DNA of 47,384 bases, from assembly GCA_000934665.2 (NCBI GenBank), contig JYFJ02003022.1, forward strand, positions 1-47,384, written 5' to 3'. Position numbers and translations under genes: made by a program. Position 1 is the stretch's first letter. Each line of letters begins with the position of its first letter. Below, in pieces: positions 37,339 to 47,384 of this stretch. Under the pieces are notes generated by a model. It worked only from the letters and a program-made list of their open reading frames with translations, searched no databases and was not told the origin of the DNA. This DNA is from Catajapyx aquilonaris. Lineage: Eukaryota.

Positions 37339-40072
37339 TCCCTCCCTGAGGCCTGATCCTCATTCAGGTGAGTTTAGCAGAGAAAGGTGGTGGTGGTGGT
37401 GGGGATTGTACATCAACATGTGACTTTCAACCTGGCCTTGGCCTCCCTATCTCTGGTCGGCCTTCTCCACTGCTCCAACACACGATTTCCCTTGCTGGAG
37501 AAGACGTCGAGAGGAAGTAACCCCCCTCTCCTCCTCCTTGTCATCCCCAATAAGCACAGCCAATCAGAGACCATACGAGGTGATGTCAAGGAGAACTACA
37601 CACGGATATGTGTGTATGTGAGTTATCCCACGTGTTTGATTTCATTTTCTGCTATGCCAACACTCTTTTGCAAATTTGTCTTCAGGCAGTGGTAGTGGTC
37701 AGCACGCTACGTGAATGGGTTGGTCAAGGATATAGTTCTGGATATATGCAAATTGGCCGAAATGTCAAGAGTTATAGTATTTGGAGCGGTGTAATACTAG
37801 AAGACATATTAGGTGTTGAATACCCAAATATTGCACCGCATTTTTTTCTCCATAATGCAAAATCATTTACCAAACAATGTCTTTAAAACCTGTTTCGCCA
37901 TTACTTTGTACACAGGGGTGCTATACAACCACCTTGATCTGTTGCTATGAAATACATGAGGTAATCTGTTTTCCTGCAGGTGAATAGTCACGATATGTCA
38001 TAAACCACTGAATAAATAAGACATGCCATCACGTAAAAGAAGAAAATTACATCCGATGTAACCTCTTCAGACACCAACAACCGTGGGTGCTATAAAGGCG
38101 CGAATTTCTCCGCCCTTGAAAACAACAATGATGTCAGACGATCTTTACAGGCCTGTGATCACCCGCATATATTTTTAAAATAGACACATTTTAAAACTTC
38201 CGGTTATTAACACGATTAAAACCCATTTTATTACACCGTTTTCACCTGATCTCTGGATACAAAAAAGTGAGATGCAAAAAAATTACACGTGTCGAGATTG
38301 GAAAGTAGCCCACCTGTTCCTCTCTGTTTTTTTCTCTCTCTTCATATATCTATTTGCGAGTCTCAAGGTCCGATCTCAGATTTTCTCAGCACTTAAACCC
38401 CCCCAAGGTGGCCACAATCGAGAGGAGCATCTCGTACCGAATCGAATAATTGTTGTGTTACAATGGGAGAAACATTACTGCAGTTGCATTGATGCTGAGA
38501 GAGTCTGACAACAACAAAAAACGAGTGTGGTGGCCATGCAAGTTGTCACGCGAAAAGCCAATCGACTGAGTTACTAGGCAATAATGGATGTAATCTCTAT
38601 AGTTGGGAGAGTGTTTTCTTGCGTTGTAATTACAGGTTTGTTGCAAAAGTAATCCGCAAGGCGAAGGTTTTGCAGAAGTGGTGTTGCGTCATTAAAATTC
38701 GTATGCGATGGGAAAATTGGTAAGACTTTTTTTCACGGAGTCGGATTAAGTAGTTTTTAGTGCACTAGTTCATTGCATCATTTTTAGTATTCAGTATCAA
38801 CTTAGATGTTAAGCAATATTTCCGTATTGCAATAAAATGTAATTCCTGATAATATGTTTCATTATATTATGTTATGCTATTATTGATATTTGAGTAGTTA
38901 TTCTTATCAAGTTGTAGTTGTAAGGAGTTTTCTTATTTTGCGTGAGCAACTATCATAATTTATCTTCAACATTATTAGGTCTGCTATATTTGTCATTTTT
39001 ATAATAATTAATTTATGGTTTAATATGATCTTAATATAAATTCTCATTAATAAATTATTACTAGATGCTCTTATGAGCCTCATTTTAAATATTATTGAAG
39101 AATAAGCCTATTAATTTATTCAAATTATGCTGTTACATTAATTTTCATATTTTATGCCTATAATATTAATTATCTGAGTCGTCTGTTTTGTTATTGTTAG
39201 CCTACTTATGAATTATGGATTATATTCTGTTAATTAATGAAGAAATATTTTAACTTTTGAATTGATATTTTAGTCTAAATTCTATTTAACAGTGCATATG
39301 GGAAATAAGCATTATAGTTCAATGCACTCAGTGCATATTTGTATATTCATTGGTGTCGTAATTTATGACACACTTTTCCAAAAACAAATTCGTGGTTTGT
39401 TTTAGACACCCTGTGCACATAGACGCGCCCAAACAATATTGGGTGTCCGAAGAGGCATTTCTTATTTGCGCATACGTCGTTGAACAAATTGCGTCAGAAA
39501 CAAGAGGGGGGGTCAGATCGAGGAGTGGAAAAAGTGAAACTGGAAAAACCAGCCTGAATCGCGACACTAATTCAGCATATTGTCGTAGGTTATGGTTATT
39601 AAGAGCCCGTGACCCGGTCAGCGTGACCCGGCCCTGACCCTTTTGGTCAGCCGCGTGACCAGGTTTTCCATTAATGTATTTTATGCTGCAAAATCCACCT
39701 AACCCAACGACCCAAATTTGGTAGTGATCTACGCCCCACAAAAATGCCCGACGTCAACGAAGACCTATACTACATGATTTAAAATGATAGCTTTACCCTT
39801 CACTCCTTGGGGTGAAACAGGTCTTTTCTTGCGCAACTCACAGGGAAACGGACACAAGCCACGTTCGTACCCCTGCTAACACTCCTCATTGCCATACTAG
39901 CAATAAATATGTCTAAATGAGGCCCAAATTAGAAGCTTTTCATGGACTGTATCCTACGCAATACACTTCCGTGTGTGAAAACAATTAGTAATTACACATC
40001 ACAATTTTAGCATTACTAGACCTCCATTATAACAAAACTGACAAACAAACTTTGCCTTATATAATTATATAT

Positions 40073-40346
40073 TAGACATTTGTTACCAAACCCCCCATTG
40101 AAATCAAATCTGGACAAACGATTGATTGAGCGAACGAACAAACGAACATACTTTCCCTTATATCGACTAGATTTTCTTTGTTACCAGACCCCCGTTGAAA
40201 CCAATCATGGACAAACGATCGAATGAACAAACGAACGAACAAATTTCTTTTGCCTTATATCGACTAGACATTTGTTGCCAAACCCCCATTGAAACCAAAT
40301 CTGGACAAACGATCGAACGAACAAACGAACTTTGTCTTTTATATCC
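40073..40346. repeat. About 96-bp tandem repeat, 3 copies
   Basis: taga..ttgttaccaaacccccattgaaa.caaatctggacaaacgat...aacaaacgaac...ttatatc units start at 40073, 40168, 40265; partial unit near 40017. Confidence 0.85.
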
Positions 40347-43300
40347 GTTGATGGAAATCATGTTGATGAGAGAGTGGAAGTGAGCGTCCGCGAGATTATA
40401 AACCGATTTGAGCTTAATATTTGTTCCACCTGGTATTATGCTGACAGGCTATTCATTGAGGTGAAGATGCAGACACGCAAGTACACGCACCTAGCTCAAG
40501 GTAAGGCCTTCATATATTCCGGTATCGGTACAACAGGTTGATACGATGCAAATCTCAGACCTTTTTATCTATGGCATAAATCACAATACTTCATATCACT
40601 GATTGCACGTAATGTACTTGTATACGAAGAAGTCAAATGTGAAGGACTCCTAATTATTTCCTCTTATTTTTTCTTATACTTTCCAGTGGCCTTTGCCGCC
40701 TGTTAGATTGAGTGTGGATCCTGATGGAACACTTTTGAGGTCACCGAGGGCAGTGGTCATCATCTTCACAGGATGTCTGCCTTCTGTTTTAAAAAGGACA
40801 TTCACCGAGTGATATGAACTGGTTGAAGGAGAGTTGAACCAGATGTACTTGACATGCACAAGGAACTCGCGAGTGGTCAGTTCATTCACAGGTAAACGTG
40901 CAGGGCATTTTCGCATGCAATAAATAGTTTTGATGAAAATCTGATTAACCTTTAATGTCGGACATGTAACATTTTAAAATTGCAGTGTTATAACTGAAGT
41001 ATTATTTGAGAGCCTAATTTGGTTGACTCACTTCAATTCACTTACACTCTTATGACTAAGAGGGCTTATTATTATGAGTGTGTGCAAGAAATCCTGCATG
41101 TCATGTAAGTATATGCATTATGCAAGGAAAGTGAGCCTAGTCACATTTTGAATTTAATTTTCAGGGCTACTTGTGAGTGGTCGAGTTCCTTTTGACTCAT
41201 GCAACTATTCAAGAACTACAGCATGAACAGGGCAACGTCCGTGATGTCAATACACCAAAAATTGTGGTTACTGCTGCATTGTAACTAGAATGAAGTTCAG
41301 GATCGATGCTGAGTTAATTACTCTTTGAGAGTGCAGACTTTCAGTGTAATTGCCAGCACAGAGAGAATGCATTTAAAAGAGACGTAAAAAAAAAAGACTA
41401 CGTGAGAGAGCATATCACACTGGCTTTTTCGTGCACGTAGGTCATATTATATTATGATGCAAGCTTTTCACGCACAACCCACAGGGGATTTTGCAATACA
41501 ATAATTAACACTTAACAGCATGCTGGAGCGGATAGGTGTTGGGTGTTTTTCAAATATAATATTATTTTTCTCACCAAACTTATTAGGAAAGTCTTGCCAT
41601 TTTTTATAGTGTTGACGTCGGAAAAATTAATCGTAGTGTCTAGAGTCTAGAATAATAGTTTAAAATGTGATATTCTGCATCGAGGTACAAATAAAATGGA
41701 AGTGGATTATTATGTGTTTGGGTTGACTATACTGACAATTTTTAAAAAAATAAGTTGTTATAATTCGAATTAGTTTCAAATTTTATATTTTTTGGTTAAA
41801 AATGTGAATCGTTGCACGCAGTTAAAATCGTTTCAAACATTGAGTCTGAAAATGTCAGCATCTTTAATTTTGACAACGAGAACAACGACATTATGTGTAA
41901 TAGAGTGTTAATTTCAAAGGCAATCCACTGGAATATATGCTATGGGGTTATAATTTTTTCACTTATTCCGTTTCAAGGTTTTTTGAGATTACAACTGACA
42001 ACTTGTTATTTTCATAATATGGCAGCTAATTAACTGCCAGGAAGGCGTAGGAAAACATTCCCCCATTAGACATGAAATAATTGTGGTGAATGTGAAATAT
42101 GCGTTTTGGATTTCGTAGGTAAAATTTAGTTACGTCAATGAAAATCATCGGGGAAGTACAGTACCTGACATCCGAAGGTTTTCTGGAGGTGCTGCAACTT
42201 CTTTTCGTGCAAGAGTCTACACAGTCTGGGAATGTAATTTCGAAAATATTGCAATCACTGTTTCTTTGACGTTTTATATTAAACGCACTGAATCTTTGTG
42301 ACTTAAATTACATTAAAACCCATACATTCCATGCGTCCTATATACCGTATAATTATATATTTACTGTAGGACGTGTAGTGAAATAAATATCGTGTGGTTG
42401 TGCAACTTGCTAAACTTAAAATATTGTTATAGATCTAAACCATTCTTCATAAGCAGTGGGTAGGACTAATTGCATATTAAAAGTAACATGCTAATGAGTG
42501 CTCATTGTGCACTTTGTGTCTTATTTATGCAGTTGCATTTGATGGTCAGCCATTCCTAATAAAATAAATTAATGTAGCAAAGCGTATTTATAAGTGACGT
42601 GCTCGGCCTTTCAACACGTGCCATAACATATGATTAAACTATCACAATCATGTCTTTAGGAACTTTAAGAACAAACGGGTTAATTGGGTTACGTAACATG
42701 ACAAGGGAAAATATAAGAATTACTGCCTCAAAGTAAGAACACTACATTTATGTAATAATTTTTTTAGTTGAATTTTTAATGTGTTGTTCTTTTTCTCGGG
42801 AAACTAATTATTATATTAAAACAAACCACCCTGCTTTTCTTTAAACCTTTAAAGGAAATTTAACACATAAATAACTCAAAATACAGAGTATTATTGGCAA
42901 CTTTGGCCATTTGTATAATCTCTTACTTTTCTGCAGCAGGTTTCACAAACATGCAAATTAAAACAGACAGATGCAGAAACATACAAACATAATTATGTCC
43001 AAAATCGGTTCAAATATATTTCACACGTAATATCATGAGTATTCTTATAATCAGAATCATCATTGTGTCCTTCAAAGAGGGGTGGTTACTCCCTTATCTC
43101 ACCTTAGTTAACACTGATACAACTAACCAATAAGTTATGTAATATTCTTCCTCTTATCGGAAACTTCGACTAGCACATTGTGATAGAAATAAACTTAACA
43201 CTCTATTTTTCATTCATACATAATGAAGTATTATATTGATGGTACAGTACGTATATTAAATTGAACTTATTGGTATGCACTTGGTTGCTGTGTCTAAATA

Positions 43301-43596
43301 GCGTGTTTTGTGTAACGCGGTTTTTTTGAAGAGAAGAAACAGCCTTGTTTTTTTTTATTTATTTAGTTAACCAGCAGCTCTCTGGCAAGTTTCCTGATTC
43401 CCACTCTTTTTACAGCAGTATACTTATACAGGCATCCAACATTCACGAGCAACTTAATAGATGGTTTAGTGGGAATAGTGTCAGAAGTAGCATACTTGTT
43501 TAGCCTGTAATGCGCAATATTTAGTAATCAATGTCAATTCACTTTTATTTGCAAACGTATTTTTATATACATATACAGTCAATGCTCAACATGCAT

Positions 43597-44843
43597 TTAA
43601 TGCAGCAATATGTTTGAATTTTTCGCAAGTTTCGCATTCTTCGTCCATTCCTCCCTCATGTTTCTAAGTATCCAGCGAAGTACAATGTTAGCCAAATATA
43701 TCAAAGGCCTGCAGCGACATGCCAAACCAAAGAATAACTTGAGGAACCAGAAATACATTTTGGAAATCATAGACACATTGTCAACGAGGGAGGAAGGAAT
43801 GGAATTGAATAGTCCTATTATCCAAAAGGTGAAAAGGACAACCCCGTCAAAGTGCAGGTGAAGAAACACGGGCGACATACCCTTGAGAGTGGTCACTATG
43901 GACCTCCAGAAAAACTCCTTCTCCACTGTGAACTCATTAAGAGTCTTTGTAAACACATTATTCAACACTNGGTGAAAAGGACAACCCCGTCAAAGTGCAG
44001 GTGAAGAAACACAGGCGACATACCCTTGAGAGTGGTCACTATGGACCTCCAGAAAAACTCCTTCTCCGCTGTGAACTCATTAAGAGTCTTTGTAAACACA
44101 TTATTCAACACTTCCCTCGCAATACATTTGGTGTCCTCTAGCGTTCCTGAGAATGGATTGAACTTATCCTGTATTCCGAAATGGTACCCCAGCACCCTCC
44201 ACATGTACACAAAGTCTCCGATCTCCTCGTCTGTGGCTCCGTGGATCCCAATCCTCTCCGGATACAGCACCACTGGGATCATGGTCAGAATGACGAAGGA
44301 GGTCAGGTCAAGCTGGCTCATGTAAACGTGTCCATCCGGCAACTGGTAGGGGCACTGTCCGGATGACCTCTGGAAGTGTTGGGCCAACTTGCACTCCTTC
44401 ATCATCTCCGGCATGACCTGGGTGTTCATCCTGGCTTCGGACATCTTGTCTTTGTTCCTGTTGGCGAAGTTCCCGACCGTCCGATGCCTGAGCTGGACCT
44501 CATGCAGGAGCCTGTGAGCGTCTGTCTCCGGATCCCAAATGTCCCCTCCGTACCAGGACATGAAGTGGGTGATGGTGCTGATGGCCAGTCTCCTCAGGAT
44601 CCTGGGGTTCTCGAACTTCCTGTATGCGACCAGTACCCTTTGAAAAGGTGGCCATAGGAAGGCCGATCCGTTGGTGAGGAACAAGGACAGGACGACCCCC
44701 ACCAGATGCTTCTGAGCAAAAGATTGTCCACGTTTGAACTTTTTCTTATCCAGCCATGATGGTGGTTCTTCCAGTGAGTGTATGAAATCGTAAGGTACCG
44801 ATGCACCTTCAAGGAGGGTTTCCAAGCTGAACTGTCGTCCCAT
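43597..44843 (-). CDS. Intronless MpaB/rubber oxygenase-like heme protein, 367 aa after removing an N-flanked 142-bp assembly duplication
   Basis: ATG at 44843 (MGRQFSLETLLEGASVPY), aligns end to end with the 23911 gene; VQLRH putative heme His; PERIGIHGATDEEIGDFVYMWRVLGYHFGIQDKFNPF; hydrophobic C-terminus. Removing 143 nt (N plus one copy) gives an open 1104-nt frame. TATAAAA at 44918-44912. Confidence 0.85.
43828..44112. other. Probable assembly artefact: 142-bp direct duplication around a single N
   Basis: 43828-43969 equals 43971-44112 except two substitutions; N at 43970. Confidence 0.85.
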
Positions 44844-45529
44844 CTTCGCAAACTTAAAGTGTTCGCACACTAAAAATGGCTAACACCTTAAATAGTTGAA
44901 GTTAGGGATGTTTTTATACGCAGTTCTACGTCAGTGGGAGGTGCTCCAACAGCATTTGTGTTCATGGCAGCATCATCATTTTTCGTTTTCATGATGCTGT
45001 TTTTTTCGCGATTGTTATTTACTCCGTTGCAGTGTGGCATTCTCACATATGTTCGTGCTTTCCTATGCATCCAAGTAAGAGATCATTAACGTCCAAGTTT
45101 GCAAGGTTACTTCACGTCAGAGCTTATACCCATCGAATGTGTTTTCCCACACCGCATATACCACAATTTAGATAATAATTATTAAGCAATGTGAAGACAT
45201 GAAATTCCCGTTGGAATGATTTCGGTGTGTAAGAGTTACAAGTTTGAAAATTGCTATGTTCAATAATTTACGCTCTTTCTTTCTAATCCAGGAAATTGTA
45301 ACACATATACCGGTATATCATAAAAGTTATTGATGGTCAAGAACTGCATTACACAAGCCTAATTCCAGATTTTCGATCAAAAATCTGACTCATTGTTGGA
45401 ATGATATGCATATATACACAGATAACTGACATGATTATACAGTACATTATTATTGCAAACAAAGATAATTATAGCAAAAGGACAAATACTACTTATACGG
45501 GTCAAATAGGTCTATTACTGTACAATGTA

Positions 45530-45607
45530 CAGTCGGCACGGAAAAGGTAAGGACACATTGACGGTTCCAGAATCCTCAATGTGTCCTTACTTTTTCCGTG
45601 CCGATTG
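45530..45607. mobile_element. 78-bp fold-back mini-MITE (Tc1-like CAGT end, TA-flanked)
   Basis: 32-bp arms 45530-45561 and 45576-45607 with 2 mismatches, 14-nt loop, TA on both sides. Confidence 0.7.
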
Positions 45608-47165
45608 TACAGTTGTTTTGCGTTTAGTTTCACAATAATTGTCTATTTTTATTCCACATTGTCGTGATTATTCTGAATCACACTCTTGGTGCGAACAAGA
45701 CTTGAGTAATCGGGCTTGTTTTAATTAGGAGCAATCACAATAGGCCATAACATGCGAATGTGCATGTTAACACAATCTTAATATAATCTTGTTATTCTCG
45801 ATTTTTATATTCTTAGCCTCATTACACGCTACGCTTCTTTAGTCTCGCACGAGACATGAAGCATGTCAAGTTTTAGGAAAAAATAGATAATTGCGGATAA
45901 TATGAACCGTAGAGTTTATCCTTATCTGCACATAAAAATGAGATTTAATGAAAATTAAATTAAAGCGATTTCAATATTTTTCGAAATGCCATTCCCAGGT
46001 ATAGATTCTTGTAGGCTACAGTATACGTCACAATTTTTCAGCACCTTGCAAAAACCGAGTCTTTGGCAAAAATTATAAAATTATAATTATTGTGTACTTG
46101 TAAAGTTGTAATACCTCAATTGTCACTGTAAAAAGCTCGCAAACCGTTTTTTCAATTGCTTGTTTTACCTATACCACATAACTTGAGTCTATTTCAAAAT
46201 GTCAGTATGCAAGAAATCATTCGCTTCAGTTCAGCCTGACATTTCACGGTCCTCAACCAGATGTTGAGAACCACGCAATGTCACGTGCAGTAAGTGCATG
46301 TGCGAAGTATAATCTTATTATTGGGAAAATTGTTGCCGATTATCCCACAGTAACGTATAGTGTCATATTAAAAACTCATTTGCGTCCAGCCACGTCACTC
46401 TCCTCTCTGGTAGTACTTGCCTGTGACGCGTATGACGTACAAAAATACATGAACTTTTAGGTGCTGTGCACAAACAAATATTTCGCTAATAGTTACGCCG
46501 GCCACTGAGCTCATTTATGTTTACAATATTAGATGAAGTTCAAATATCTGTCAGTTCGAGAATTTCAAGTTGGCGGAAATTTTTGCTTCATTTTGCACAT
46601 GCCAATGTGTAACAATAACAGAACACAAAGGCAAATGGAAGAATGTTTGGATGCTGAATTTTTTTATTGGCCCTGGATTTTTCCACGGAATTTTTGTGGC
46701 TCATTAGGAGTCTGAAGAAACAAATGAAAAGGCACATAATCATCGCAACTCTTGAATCATCTGTAGCGTAATAAGAAAGTTATATCATCATATCAATGGC
46801 GCATAATCTTCGACAAATTGAATAAATATTAAGTTGTAATATTTTATATACCGCTTGTATACTTGGAGACTTACTATCACCTGAAGTTCTGGATGTTGCA
46901 ATCCTGACGTGACAATGAGGAAACTCAGATGTGTGAAAAGCACTTTTTTCTAGTCCCTCATCCGCAATATTGGTCTATAGTGCCATAAATATCATAACTG
47001 CTGTTGGGTTTCCCACTGAGTGATCTCAGATAACTCATCTCCTCCCATAAATCAAACCAGTTTTTTGTCTTTAGCAAGCAATGTACCCGTTTATGTAGGC
47101 TATACATAAAAATTATACACACATTACACATACAATATTTAACACGCATTTATACTATGGCAAGA

Positions 47166-47384
47166 TCAGTTAGGACTCGCCATAAGTTTCGTATTCTTCG
47201 TCCATTCCTCCCTCATGTTTCTAAGTGTCCATCGAAGTACAAGGTTAGCCAAATATAGCAAAGGCCTGCAGCGACATGCCAAACCAAAGAACAACTTGAG
47301 GAACCAGAAATACATTTTGGAAATCATAGACACATTGTCAACGAGGGAGGAAGGAATTGAATTGAATAGTCCTACTATCCAAAA
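47166..47384 (-). CDS. 3' end of a further MpaB-like paralog (partial, continues beyond the window)
   Basis: Near-identical to 43624-43827; reads FWIVGLFNSIPSSLVDNVSMISKMYFWFLKLFFGLACRCRPLLYLANLVLRWTLRNMREEWTKNTKLMASPN*, with a different tail and 3' flank from the 43597 copy. Confidence 0.85.
   Translation of the reverse strand, partial: FWIVGLFNSIPSSLVDNVSMISKMYFWFLKLFFGLACRCRPLLYLANLVLRWTLRNMREEWTKNTKLMASPN

Noticed and set aside
40720..40810. Minus-strand GECPF*...SCEDDDHCPR*PQKC resembling a WAP domain
   Set aside because: Two stops, incomplete Cys pattern and no supporting exons; likely chance.

Overview
Eukaryotic, almost certainly arthropod (hexapod/pancrustacean-like), AT-rich genomic DNA with GT-AG introns; the ORF track is mostly noise and genes were spliced by hand. 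Left to right: about 13.7 kb of repeat-rich non-coding DNA with decayed transposon pieces; a 5'-incomplete receptor tyrosine kinase (Tie-like; 9 exons, 13791-20408, +); a frameshifted fragment and a full-length intronless MpaB/rubber-oxygenase-like (DUF2236-type) gene with one in-frame TGA (23911-24999, +); a complete 8-exon Neurotrophin 1/Spaetzle-2 gene (29525-33696, +); an intronless secreted protein of unknown function (34780-35694, +); a convergent 3-exon secreted Gly/Trp/Lys-repeat protein (37284-35861, -); and two more MpaB-like paralogs on the minus strand, one split by an N-flanked 142-bp assembly duplication and one running off the window end. MITEs, a tRNA-derived SINE and several tandem arrays are interspersed. 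Family assignments come from recalled motifs, not database searches.
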